A stretch of 64,000 bases of DNA from Chara braunii (Eukaryota > Plantae > Charophyceae). Shown here one piece after another: positions 1-12,789 of the stretch. The DNA is taken from contig BFEA01000021.1 of assembly GCA_003427395.1 (NCBI GenBank), positions 2,900,073-2,964,072 on the forward strand. The letters are read 5' to 3'. Made by a program: the position numbers and the translations under genes. Positions within the stretch are counted from its first letter, which is position 1, and every line of letters starts with the position of its first letter. The notes under the pieces were generated by a model. It searched no databases. It was not told the origin of the DNA and saw only the letters and a list, made by a program, of their open reading frames with translations.

Positions 1-364
1 GGAGGAGGAGAGTGATTGGCGAAGAAGAAGAGCTTTCTCATTGGTTTATGCTGGTGTACATCATCTTCTTCTTCTTCTCCTAAACCTCTCTCTCCTCTCA
101 AGTTCATTCATTTCTTTTTGCAAGTTGACGGCATTGTAGTACTATCTGATGAATGTGTATCTCGAAATTGGCCAGGATCATAACAGCATAGAAGAAACCT
201 CCCTGCACAATCACTCACTGACAGAGTGAGCTGGGAAGAAGTGGTAGAAGACGATGCATGGCAGTGTCAAATAATAATCTCTCCTCCACCTCAATCTCTT
301 CTCTTGCAACTCACCTCAAATCAATAGACCACGGATCTTGATCCAGGGAGCTATGCTTACAGCA

Positions 365-366
<2 letters not shown>

Positions 367-456
<90 letters not shown>
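367..456. repeat. Compound (CT)n(CA)n microsatellite; representative of many (12698-12789, 27370-27437, 27597-27850, 29810-29961, 31479-31535, 54241-54420 and others)
   Basis: Dinucleotide runs are directly visible. Several border N-gaps. Confidence 0.95.
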
Positions 457-459
<3 letters not shown>

Positions 460-1327
460 GTCAGGCTGGTGAATCGGGAACAGTATGCGAATGTGCACTT
501 GCAAGCTCAACAGCCTCCGAAGAACAATCTGGCCTACCCTCCCCCCTCCCCTGAATGTGGCCAGGTTGCATCCCTTGCCTGTGCAGACCGAACGGATTCT
601 GATGCAGATAGTGAGGGGTGGCCCTTCAGCCGATGGGGATGAGGAGGATCAGTCGCAGGCATTGGCATGCGTCCAGATTGCACAATTGGCTCCACCCACT
701 CACAATGGGATTCATCCTAGCAGCTGGTTATTTGATCTTCCCTCTTGGCCACTACCCCCCCCCACCACCACCTCAAATGCCAGATCTGACAAAACATGGC
801 CACTAGTCTACACTACCTTCTTCCCCCGAGTACAACATACGGTCATTCACACTCATTATAGCTGTATTTAGACTGAAAGATACCCCAAATTCAGCTACCA
901 TGATCGTACTTTGTATCCCGTGGAAGCCTGTACTCTACTGCAACAGATCTTACAACAAACGAAAAACTTTGCCTGAAATGTGATTGCCCCATGGACAAAC
1001 ATCTCTCCACTAAACCTGGACCCCACACTGCAATGGGAGGAAATCTCGCCGCCGCCGCTGTTCGAAAACCCGCATATATCACAGATAGTGATGGTAATGT
1101 TAACTGTTCGAAGCCACAACTAACTCCACTAAGGGAAATGTGGAATGTGGCTGAAACAGGGAATCTGAGATCTCTACTATTGAACAACCACCTAGTATGG
1201 TCAGTTCAATGACAAATGTCTCAAGGGCATCGACATTTCCAAAAAAAAAAAAAAAAAGAGGTGATGCAAATCATGCAATACAGACATGACACGCACACCC
1301 CCCCCCCCACCCCCACCCACACAAGCC

Positions 1328-1362
1328 CTGTCTCTTATACACATCTAGATGTGTATAAGAGA
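1328..1362. other. Nextera mate-pair junction adapter (assembly contamination)
   Basis: ctgtctcttatacacatctagatgtgtataagaga, at the edge of a gap. Confidence 0.98.
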
Positions 1363-2276
1363 NNNNNNNNNNNNNNNNNNNNNNNNNNNNNNNNNNNNNN
1401 NNNNNNNNNNNNNNNNNNNNNNNNNNNNNNNNNNNNNNNNNNNNNNNNNNNNNNNNNNNNNNNNNNNNNNNNNNNNNNNNNNNNNNNNNNNNNNNNNNNN
1501 NNNNNNNNNNNNNNNNNNNNNNNNNNNNNNNNNNNNNNNNNNNNNNNNNNNNNNNNNNNNNNNNNNNNNNNNNNNNNNNNNNNNNNNNNNNNNNNNNNNN
1601 NNNNNNNNNNNNNNNNNNNNNNNNNNNNNNNNNNNNNNNNNNNNNNNNNNNNNNNNNNNNNNNNNNNNNNNNNNNNNNNNNNNNNNNNNNNNNNNNNNNN
1701 NNNNNNNNNNNNNNNNNNNNNNNNNNNNNNNNNNNNNNNNNNNNNNNNNNNNNNNNNNNNNNNNNNNNNNNNNNNNNNNNNNNNNNNNNNNNNNNNNNNN
1801 NNNNNNNNNNNNNNNNNNNNNNNNNNNNNNNNNNNNNNNNNNNNNNNNNNNNNNNNNNNNNNNNNNNNNNNNNNNNNNNNNNNNNNNNNNNNNNNNNNNN
1901 NNNNNNNNNNNNNNNNNNNNNNNNNNNNNNNNNNNNNNNNNNNNNNNNNNNNNNNNNNNNNNNNNNNNNNNNNNNNNNNNNNNNNNNNNNNNNNNNNNNN
2001 NNNNNNNNNNNNNNNNNNNNNNNNNNNNNNNNNNNNNNNNNNNNNNNNNNNNNNNNNNNNNNNNNNNNNNNNNNNNNNNNNNNNNNNNNNNNNNNNNGAC
2101 GGCCTTTAGATCTCATCATTGAACTGAACGGCCCCAGAGCAATTCAGAATGATCTTATTCTCTTCATCTGAAGGTATCTGGATTCCAACTTGAGTCTGAT
2201 TCATGTCTCAACAATTCAGGGGTGTACCACCGGAGCTAGGCCAGTCTGCCGACATGTCTAAAATCTTCGAAGGCCA

Positions 2277-2504
2277 GTACCATTACGAGCTAGCTCAATA
2301 TGCACGAGTGTTATTTTGTGAGATTACGCCTTAAAAAAAAAAAAAAAAAAAGTGAGATTACCGGGATCTTAAATGATCTAGTTGCATTAACCTTACCCAT
2401 GCTTAGCCTATGGGGGATGTAGGAGCATTAAACCCTTTTCTTTGGGCTTTTGAAGAAGGAGGAAAAAAAAAGTTAGAATTTTAATTAATGAAAGAGTTGC
2501 GGGA
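2277..2504 (+). pseudogene. nad7: Degenerate nad7 fragment (NUMT)
   Basis: Allowing for indels it reads VPLRA-QYARVLFCEIT..ILNDLVAL..THA..DVGAL.PFLWAFEE..KLEF..YERVAG, which is complex I 49-kDa subunit sequence. It has multiple frameshifts and a poly(A) insertion. Confidence 0.85.
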
Positions 2505-3779
2505 GGAAGAAGGGCGATTGCTAGTGATAGACGCCTACTGCAGGTGGAGTTGCAAAAGAAATACCCTTGGGCTTAAAGCAGAGCAGTACATGCCAGCAAT
2601 CGGCCGCGAGGCCCATTTGGAGGCCTCCCCGGCGCTCGGGGTCCTAAATTTTCGGAGAGGCTCAAAACAACAGGTTCTCCAGTTGCCTGGGGCCCATGTA
2701 CTGGTGGTTATATACGAAGATCTTTTTTCTATTTTCACAGCAATCTGCTTCGAAGACGAGATGGAAGAGAGGAGGACGACGAGAACGCGGAGAGGGAGGA
2801 GGAGGAGGAGGAGGAGATATGCAGAAGGGGGAGAGGAAGAGAAGGCGGAGGGGGAAAAGGGGAGAGGGAGGAGGAGGAGGAGGCGGAGAAGAGATGGAGG
2901 TGATGGAGGAGGAGACGACATACAGGAGGAGCAGCAGCAGCAGCACGAGGAGGAGCAGGAGGAGGAGGAGGAGGAGGAGGAGGCATGCGCAGAGATGGAG
3001 GAGATGGGGGCTGAGGAGGAGACTACAGGAGAAGCAGCAGCAGGAGGAGGAGAAAAGAAAAGAAAAGAACAGAAAAGAAGTTAACACTCTTCACTGGAAG
3101 TGAACGCACGGTTCTTATCCGTGTAACTGGACTGAAAGTTGGCCCATGTACAGCTATAAAGACCATGCATTCTACTCGGGGGAAGACTGTCGGCCCTCAC
3201 ATACTAATCGTATCCATCTGATCTGGTCGAGAATTATTGCACTCCTGATCTGTTCATCAACACTTCTGCTCGGTGACGCCACATCATCTGCTCTCATCTT
3301 GCTGAAATACTTCTGCTAGCCGGCTATGATTACCATAGCTGCCGGTGGCAGTGCTCGTTGACGTTTATATGATTATATCTTGTCTTGGTGAAATAAATTT
3401 CGGGATTTCGGGATTTTTTGTGCACGGGCGTCTGGCCTGGCTCCGTTCTGACTTCGTTGTCCTCATGTCATCATCTGCTCGGGCAGTCCGTTGCACACGT
3501 CCTTCTTCCTTTTTTTTTTCTTTTTTTTTTCTTTTTTTTTTTTCCCTTCCCTTTCCTCTCTCTGAGGGCGTGCTTACTATACTACCATCTTCCCCCAAAC
3601 CCAACCCACCGTCATCATAACTGTATCCGACCGGAAAATAGCTTGTATACATTCGCAATGACCCTGCGTTCTATCCGGTGGAAGACGAAGCACTTTTGAA
3701 GACATGTGGCGGGAAAGCCAATCCAGTCTTTTTCAGGGAAAAAGGCAAAAAACATTACGCGGCAACGCACCCAGCAACT

Positions 3780-3842
3780 CATTCAGCTCACTCGTTACAG
3801 CCATGAACTGTTAAAATGCAGACGTAAGTTCGAATCCAGACA
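3780..3842 (+). mobile_element. tRNA-derived SINE head (related copy at 5273-5320)
   Basis: A-box-like agctca...tacagc and B-box gttcgaatcc. It shares tacagccatgaac.gtt.aaatgc with the 5273 copy (ggggcacggtagctcagtgggtacagc). Confidence 0.5.
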
Positions 3843-4689
3843 GATCTAGTTGAATGAATTCCTGAATTTTTTTTTATTTTTTATTTTTTTACAAGTTGAA
3901 TGAATTTCTGAATTTAAATTACCTTGGCCCATCAGGTCCACGCAGATAATCCCGAGGGCGGCGTCCTTTTTCCTCTTTTCAGAGTTCAGGGCTATGACAT
4001 CTTTCATCTCTAAACCGACTACAACTTCTCTCTCTCTCTCTCTCNNNNNNNNNNNNNNNNNNNNNNNNNNNNNNNNNNNNNNNNNNNNNNNNNNNNNNNN
4101 NNNNNNNNNNNNNNNNNNNNNNNNNNNNNNNNNNNNNNNNNNNNNNNNNNNNNNNNNNNNNNNNNNNNNNNNNNNNNNNNNNNNNNNNNNNNNNNNNNNN
4201 NNNNNNNNNNNNNNNNNNNNNNNNNNNNNNNNNNNNNNNNNNNNNNNNNNNNNNNNNNNNNNNNCACAGACACCGCGCTCCTCATCCTCCCCTCTCTCCC
4301 TCCTCTCATCCTCCTCTCATGTCTTTGTCCCCTCTTTGTTTCACGTATCAGCCAAGAAGTTGCCTTTTTCTAAAAGGTCAGGGCTACGATCATTCATCTC
4401 TAAACCGACTACGACTTTGCTCTCTTCCTCTCTACTCTCACCGTTGTCCTCCTCCCCCTCTTGTCCCTCCTCTCATCATCCTCTCATGTCTTTGTCCCCT
4501 TTTTGTCCGCGTACATGGCATGGAGTTCTTCTTCCCACATTCTCGCTTCCCTCCTTGTAGCCCCTGCTATGATGACTCTGCTATGATAACCATGGTCATC
4601 ATTGCTTCCCATTCTATATACAGGGTTATCAGTCCGATTCCTTCGTCTTGGAGGATAAGAAGGTGGGGATGATGTAGGGACGACAAGAG

Positions 4690-5260
4690 GAGGAAGAGGG
4701 AGGAGAATCAGTAGCCCAGTGAGGAAGACGAGGAGGCGGCCATGCAAGAGGCGCCGCACAGAGGGAGGAGACGAGCTCGGACGACGACCAGGCGTCGCTT
4801 CTTGTGCGGCTGTGCGGCTGTGCGGCAATCCCGCCGTCCCGAGTCGCAACAGCGGCCGCACAATCCGACGTGAAAAAATCAATGGGACGTCCATTAAAAT
4901 TGAACGATACAGAGAATATTGCAGGTAACACGGCCCCACGCATAAATCGATAAAACAACAGAACGACGACGAGTAGTGCGATGTACGCTTGTCCCCTCTG
5001 GCTGTGGCAACGACGAGGGACTGTGAGGAGGAGGGGGAAGAGGAGGAGGAGGTAGAGGGGGAAGAGGAGGAGGAGGTATGGAAGGAGGAGCCTACCAGGA
5101 GGAGAATCAGTAGCCCAGTGAGGAAGACGCGGCGGCGGCCATGCAGGAGGCGCCGCAGGGAGGGAGGAGAAGTGCTCGGACGACGACCAGGCGTCGCTGC
5201 CTGTGCGGCTGTGCGGCAATCCCCCGCCGTCCCGTGTCGCACCAGAGGCCGCACAATCTG
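4690..5260. repeat. Direct duplication of ~165 bp
   Basis: About 4698-4868 matches 5098-5262 (ggaggagaatcagtagcccagtgaggaagacg...ggccgcacaatc). Confidence 0.85.
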
Positions 5261-6164
5261 ATGTATATCCTTGGGGCACGGTAGCTCAGTGGGTACAGCC
5301 ATGAACCGTTGAAATGCCCTGAGTTCTTTTTTTTTTTTTTCTTTCTTTTGAATCAAAGTCATTAGTTCATTGCCAAAGTGCAAACGAGGCCGGGGAACCT
5401 CACAACTCAGCCCGGAGTACTGACAGCATCAGCCAGCTTACAGGCAAAAGCCTGCGGAAAGTTAAGACTACCAACTTTCCAGAATCATAATATCCCGACT
5501 AAATTCTTCACCGGCTCAACTTACAGGCATAAGCCTGCGGAAAGTTAAGACTACCCACTTTCCAGAATCCTAATACTACGACTAAATTCCTCACCTTTAA
5601 AAAGACTGTCCAGTAACTTGAACCGGACACTTCCCAAAAAAAAAAAAAAAAAAAAGACTGTCCAGTAACTTGAACCCGACACTTCCAAAATACCAGTCTA
5701 GCACCCAAATCCGAAACCCGATCTCTTGAAACCATGGTAACTAGGACTACTGTAACGCCTGTCTCTGGACCTTGAACATTTGATCTTCAGAGGAACATTC
5801 CATAACTTCATGGCTGCACAACCGAGTAAAATGCCTACACTACGCTAATCCGGGACTAACGCGGCCCAGAGGACAAGAGTCCCAAACCTACCGACACTCT
5901 CCTAGTGGTCCACCGCGACCCTAGCTGGGACCGAGTGTCCTGGTCCCAGGGACTGAGTGCCCTGGTCCCCATGTCCGGTTCCCCCCTGTTGGTACTCCTC
6001 TACTGGCCCACTGCGGCCATCTGTAATCTGTTATCTGAGCTGGGTGAGCAACCGGGCCTCTATTCTACCACATGTCCTCCTCTAGCTACAGGGATGGCGA
6101 GTCCTCCCTTTCGCTGGTCCCTATCCTACTGAGCTCGGTCCCTCCAGGATCCACTTTGACAGCA

Positions 6165-6740
6165 CTAGTCCCTTTCTTGGGTGTACCGTTGCCAATAGGG
6201 GACTTCTTCCCCACGTGCCGTTGAACCAACGCATTTGGTGTCTGCTTCCCTTTCCGGACTTTGCCTTTCTTCTCCAGTCAACCCAGATGGCGTGTGCTTC
6301 AGACCCTGCTTGATGTATCTTTTCGTTTCGATGTCTGCGAACGGACGCCTCTGGAATCTGGATCTGTTTCTGTCACTCCATATCGTATCACATATCAGAC
6401 CTCTTACCACATGGGCAATGTAGCCCCATCCTTTGTGGCCTTTGGCATCATTCTGTAGGAATCCCAATAGCACCCATTTCTCGTTCCATTCCACTCCCTG
6501 TCCTCCCATATCCACCCAGTGGCCCTTCCACCAGTTCCAAACTCTCTTGGACGAAGGGCAGTCCCACCATAGATGTCTGGTGGACTCGAATGGCCACCTA
6601 CATCTCGTGCAGGCCAGACTTACTTTTAGACCTCTACTGGTGAGCCAGACCGCTGATGGTGAAACCATCAGCGATAGCAGCCACAAAATGCTGACCTACC
6701 TTCCGTTCGGAAGGGTGGCTAAGATCTCCCAAAGTCTTGT
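6165..6740 (-). mobile_element. Decayed L1-like LINE ORF2 3' end (zf-RVT region)
   Basis: CTRC...ESTRHLWWDCP...VWNWW and IWSDRNRSRF motifs, typical of the plant LINE C-terminal zinc finger. An in-frame stop lies upstream. Confidence 0.8.
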
Positions 6741-8199
6741 TGATCACTGTATAAGAATGAGATTGCTCATCATATTCTCTTACTTGTGGCAACATATTGA
6801 TATGCAATCACACCTTGTCGAAAAATACCTACACATTTCTCTCTCACTCTCCCTCTTCTTTGGCTCTTCAAACGCCTCCCCACGCTGGAGTCAAATGCAC
6901 ATCACGAGGCAAGTAGGTTCAGTACCCGAGCATCACTCTCTTCTCTTCACCAACTTGGTTTCTCTCTCTTTAAATTATCGCCATACGTTAAAAAAATATA
7001 TCGGTTACACGACTCTGATGGTACAAATGCGCTAGTTGAGCGGGAAGTTAACATGAAAGTCAAGAAACGCGATAGTATAGAACATTGACTTAAACATAAA
7101 ATGAAACAAATCCGTTTATTAAGATGGCGTGAGCTTAGCGAGTACACGAACCCATCACAAACTTAGTATTATATTTTGCTCAAGGTGAACAATATTTGAT
7201 CTGTTAGTACCTTCGTAATGCCTCCTCGTGTAGCTGTCGTACACCGACCAAAAAAGCCACTTGTTTTAATCGATATTAGTGCATATAAAAATCCAATGCA
7301 TCACATGACCAGAGTCACCAGACTAAATCTGACGCGTACTCCAACAAAGTATATCACTCTCCGAACCTTAGCACGACATGCACCTCGCATCCAGTGCATA
7401 GCTTGTAGGAACTGACAATGGTGAATATTCAAATCGGCGAACGATTTTTACTCAAGTAAAGATTGATAGAGCACAAACCGATTATTATATGTGTTTATCA
7501 CTTCTATCAATAATAACTTTGTCCGGGTAATGATAATTATATATTACTTAGTGCGACCACCACGCGGTAGTGATAATTGTATATGACTTAGTGCGACCAT
7601 CATGCAAACAATGACGATACTTGTATGACGACTGTGCCTAAACCGAAAACTTTGCTCGCAAGCATAAACATGTATGCCCCTCTCTTAATGATCTCAACAT
7701 AATAAACTTTTATCTTCACCCCGTTGCCCTTCCAAAGCGGCCTCCGCTTGCGGACCAACCCCAGTAAAGCTAGAGTCAGGTTCTCACAGGCCTCCGTCTC
7801 CTCACCAAGAGCTAGTAATTTCCCACCTCTCCAACCCATTCATTGAGGAGTACGAATCGCATACATAGTAGTAGGTCACAAGCGCACTCACTATTATTTT
7901 AACCTGAAAAAAACGTACTTACGTTCTATTTCACTTACCTTTGAAAAATGTGTCCTAAAAAACCATCGACTTGTTTTCTAATATAACGTATGTACGTTGT
8001 ACTCGAATACAACATACCTACATTATACTCAAAATTCTTAATTTTTTATTTTCAAAAAAAACAAAAAACTCGAAAAAAATATAAAAAAACAAAACATTTC
8101 AAAAAAATCAGAATACAACATAAGTACATTGAGAGTCACGTTGAAATTCGCAATTCGAAAAAATATAAAAATGAGAATAGTAATATTTTTTACGGCAGA

Positions 8200-8830
8200 C
8201 ACGGTTGCCAGGTCGAACGTACGGAGACCCCTAAGATGACCCCCGAACGTTCGGGTGTTCGGGGCCCGAACCCGAAGGGGTTTGGACCCCGCAAAAAAAA
8301 AATGTTTTGGTACCTAAATATTATTATTTTTTAATGAAGGTTTTTTTTTTGAGTTCCTTGTAATGTAAGGTATCTTCCTCTTAATTTTAAAGGTATTCTC
8401 TTAAGCCAGAAAATAATGAAAAATCACCAAAGATGGTGGTGTCAAACTTGCTTGCCCACTCACTAATTTGTTTTTTCTTTCTTTTCAAACCTTTTTGTTT
8501 TTCCTTTATTTTGATGCATGAAAACAATTAATATCTTTCTAAACCTTATTTGTAGGTTCTCTATCATGTAAGATACACATACATTAATTTTGTCAAATTC
8601 AAAAAAAACAAAAAAATCGCCAAAGATGGATGTGTCAAAAATGTGCTTGTCCACTTAATAATTTTATTCCCGTTTTATTTTTATTTATTATTATTATTAT
8701 TGTATTTGATTTTTATTTCAAAGTTCGTAAATAATTTAGATGTAACGTTCAGGCAAATGTTGTTCAGTTTATTCTTCTACATAACATATTTTGTTTTCAA
8801 ATGTTTTCAGTTTTTTTTTTTTTGGGGGGG

Positions 8831-8886
<56 letters not shown>

Positions 8887-8974
8887 GGTCCACGTTCGGC
8901 CGAACGGTCGAAAGTGTCGAGAGGGGGTTCCGAACGTTCGGGCGTTCGGCCCGTCCTGAACGCCAGCAACCCTG
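8200..8974. mobile_element. hAT-like MITE
   Basis: Termini cacggttgc / gcaaccctg (CAGGGTTGC type) with palindromic subterminal ccgaacgttcgg motifs at both ends. No clean TSD. Confidence 0.55.
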
Positions 8975-10499
8975 GTAGTAATGTTATTCCCTAATTTGTC
9001 CTCTTTGCCTAGGCTACTAGTCGGGCTGTTTGGGTCACCCTATTTTCTTGGACGGCCTAACCGTGCAAGGACTAGGGAAAGTCCTAACAATAAACAAAAA
9101 CAAAAAAATCGAAAAAAAAAAAAAAAAAAACTGAAAAAACTATGTTATGCATAAAATTAAACTAAACAAACGTCTTAGGATCACATCGAGTTTTTTTACC
9201 ATCTTAAAAAAAAAAAAAAGGTTTTTTTTTGCTTGGCCGGACGAGTTACCCCGGGTTACCCTAGTATCCTAACTCCTTATTACAATTATATACTTCGATG
9301 TGGTTTTTCTATTGACTTTTAAAATAAAGTTACGAATTTTGGGGGGGGGGGGTAACTCCTTTTTCTTTCTTGTTTAAGTTAGGTTTTTACATAAAGTTGA
9401 AATGTGTTTAGGGTGAAAAAGCTAAACGGGACATATTTTTTTCGATAAGTTTTTAAATCATCATAATTCGTTAATCCAGTTACAACAATTGACTAATCTT
9501 ACTTTTCTGCTCTACAATTTATGTTTGGCGAAGGTGGTGAAACTTAGATTGAAAAAATAAGGTGATGGAGTTTCAACCTTCAATTGGTCCATGCTCCACT
9601 AAGGGTTTTTTTATGATGGTTGAAATCCTTGATGTTTATGATCACTTAGAGACACTAGTAGGATGAAAGTTAATAGTATATTAAATGAGTAATGATAAAA
9701 CAAATATGAGCACTTAAACTTTGTTTCATGACTGACAAATTAACATTTAAAAAAATATATATGTTTATTTGATCCGCTTGCTTGTATCTATAACTTGATG
9801 ATATATATAATTTTTTGATATTTCGCAAACGTTCATGGTGCTCTGTTTATAACAATGTTTTAAACTATAATAGTAAGAACACTCACACCAACCAAGGAGT
9901 AAATCCTTCATAGCATTGGTACGACAATCAACGGAAACGAATGTCGAAAAGGTCATAAAGTATTACACATAATCAAGGTAGTTGTACTAAATAGTTAACC
10001 CCCTAGTATATTTCTCGACCATTTTCTCAAAGTTTCTATTTGTGTTATACCACAAATTTCGAGGATCAACAACTCGTGCAAAACGGTTGTCGATACCAAC
10101 CAAAACGAGGACTTCGATTAATTTGTTTTTTTTTTAGCGCAAAATATTTGGAGTTATGAGCAAGTATGCTTGGAAAGTAATGGTGGTTTAATTATTTTTT
10201 GACATAAGGGAAGTTCAAATAATAAAAAATAACTTACTTAATTGCATCATTATTATAATTATTTTTTTAATTTTTCTTATTTCATTTTTTCATTCCGCCC
10301 TCTTGTTCTTTTATTTACTCCCCTTGCAAAGTTTTTTACCAAACGGAAAAGGTATTCAACTTCCTTATTAACACAGCCAAAGTTACAACGAACATCAATA
10401 ATGATCTCACAGACTGCCTGTCATTGTTGGATTGTTAAATCGCACCATTCCTGCGATTCAGACTCCGAATCCTTATGACTTGACTTACCTAGCTTGTCC

Positions 10500-11700
10500 C
10501 CAATCTCCGCTCGACATTCCTTTGCCTCGTTGTTACCTGATCCGAAACGAACAGCGACTCTCGTATCAGCCAAGTCGAAGATAGCTTGAATCTTAGTAGT
10601 ATAGGTTACACCTCCGTTCCGACACAGGGGTCGAGCGTTGCCAACTCTCGTTTGGTGTTGTCCAAGTATAGCATACGCTCAATCTCTTGATCACGTATTG
10701 ACGGTTTCATCGCCGTTCGACATTTTGTTGAGATAGGTCTCGCTGTCCGCTTACTCACGCGAGTTCTTGTCCGTTGAAGTCTCTCCGAAAGTCTCACAGG
10801 TCTAATCGCTGACCTCTTGTCAGCATGTTTCACCGACGTAACCACGGGTGAACTATCCCCCACAACAACATCTTCACCTCTTCCTTTTCTCGGTAATTCA
10901 CAACTTCTCAGTCTCGTTTGTAATCTCTTCCACCTCCGGTTCGCCGACACTCCCATGTAAAGTTTCTGAAACGTCCTAAAAAACCTTCGCCTTGCCTTTT
11001 ATTTTTGAAGTCTCAATTACTTTCCGGACCTCATTCTTGATGTCATTATGTGTATGGCTCAGCCTGATCGCCATTTGTACCTCCAACGCCTTAGTCATCG
11101 CAAGTTATTCTTCTTCGCGCCGCTTCGTTTTCTCCAACTTCTTAGCCCGTCTTGCCTTAGCCTCTCGTATACGCTCCTCTCGTTTCCTCGCCTCTTCTCT
11201 TTCACGCCGTGCTTCTTCCCGTTCTTCGCATTTACGTTCCTTCTCCAGTTTCCTCGATTTCTCCAGGTCCAGAAATTCCTTCAGTGGAATCACGACGTCC
11301 CCCAGTTCTGCAATCTTAGACATCGTCTTAGAATCCAACAAGGGAGATCTTCGGAATGGTACTCCATGGCTTTGCGCAGGAAAACCTGATCTTCCCCTGT
11401 CAAAGTCTGGAGGACAGGTAAACCCGTCACGTCCAGCTTTACGTCTCGAATCAACATTACTCCAAAATCTCCAACAATCGCTCCTGTAATGTCTTGGAAC
11501 TTTGCAACCATAGCAAAGTGGTGGCAGTCGTCTCTGATAGTCGGCATCACCCGGATGTCCCTCCATTCCCATTCTCTCGATCGACCACGTTCGGATTCCT
11601 GACGGCTTGGTCTCCCTCAATCAGAGTCCTCTTGGTTATTACATTCCCGCTCTTGTAATCCATCACGTCGGCCACCACGATCATACGGATGACCTCCTGT
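10500..11700 (-). mobile_element. Decayed gag/ORF1-like remnant with CCHC zinc knuckle and charged coiled coil
   Basis: CYGCKVPRHYRSDC (CX2CX4HX4C) followed by an E/K/R-rich coiled coil. It is split across frames (ORFs 11105..11620, 11290..11550 and 10606..10956). Confidence 0.65.
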
Positions 11701-12711
11701 TGACATCGTGAATCTTCAGTTCAATACGAATTTCAACTTGATTCTTGATCTCGTCGTAGTCAAAACCAAACACTATAGTAGCAGTAACAGTAACAATAAC
11801 AGTCACAATCAAACGCGCTCACTCACACTTGGCACGTAATCCAAGTAGGTTCACACGAGCTATAGGGAGTCATCATGATCCGGTTTTTCTGTTGTAACGT
11901 ACTACTACGTGGATGTTGTTTCCTCTACATGAAACATGGATCGAGAGGTATCTTGGAGCGAAGGGCGAAATGGTTGGACAATCATAATTTCTTGAGGATT
12001 TGTCCTTGGAAGTATTCTACATTTTCTTCTCCGGTATCTCAACACACAACTACACATACATTCACATCTATGGTACACCGACTAGAGGGAGCATGGCCAC
12101 TATCTCTGTTGGTTGGCACCAAGCGTGCCCTGGGCGGCTTGTGGGGACAACCTATGACCTCCTAAATGCTGCTTGCGTGTCTGACGAACTGAGCAAGGTA
12201 CCCTTACTGGTAAGATTATGTTTCTTACAGATCATCAAAATGAAAATTTCAAAAAACAACCATGTGTTGTCTTAGAGGGGGGGGGATAGGCAAGCAATGA
12301 CAATTTGGCTGCTTCCGTGGTCAACGTTGCATTTGGGGGAAGGTTGTATTCGAGGGAAGATCGCAAGTAGACGTATTCCGGGGAAGACACACAGGGTAGA
12401 CATATTTGAGGAAATATGGCAAACAAATGTATTCGAAGAAATATGGTAGGCATAGTATTCAAGAAAACATGGCGCACAAAGGTTCTATTCATACGAGTAT
12501 TGTAGGAAGCACGCGCTCCTTCGACAATCCCCATTCATGATACAAGTGCGGGCACTGCACGACGCTTGCCCAGAAACGAGGATGGCAAAATTGTGGTTGT
12601 ACCCATGCCGAGATGACATCTCGAAATGGAAATGCAATTCCCTCTCCTCCCCATCACTGTTCTCTTCTTCCCCTTCAACTTCCTGTATGAAGGTGACGAG
12701 AGAGAGAGAGA

Positions 12712-12789
<78 letters not shown>

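Noticed and set aside
1328-1362. Tn5 mosaic-end inverted repeat suggesting a bacterial transposon or HGT
   Set aside because: It is the exact Nextera mate-pair junction adapter, a library artefact.
1216-2122. Long ORFs of about 250-330 aa (also 31374-32463 and 39702-40691)
   Set aside because: They consist of N-gap (X) residues plus microsatellite or adapter translation.
2488-3103. Overlapping ORFs rich in E/R/G or S/P/L
   Set aside because: They are translations of a (GAG/GGA)n low-complexity tract with no domain.
4484-5383. 299-aa minus-strand ORF
   Set aside because: It arises from a duplicated GC-rich repeat plus a trinucleotide tract, with no recognisable domain.
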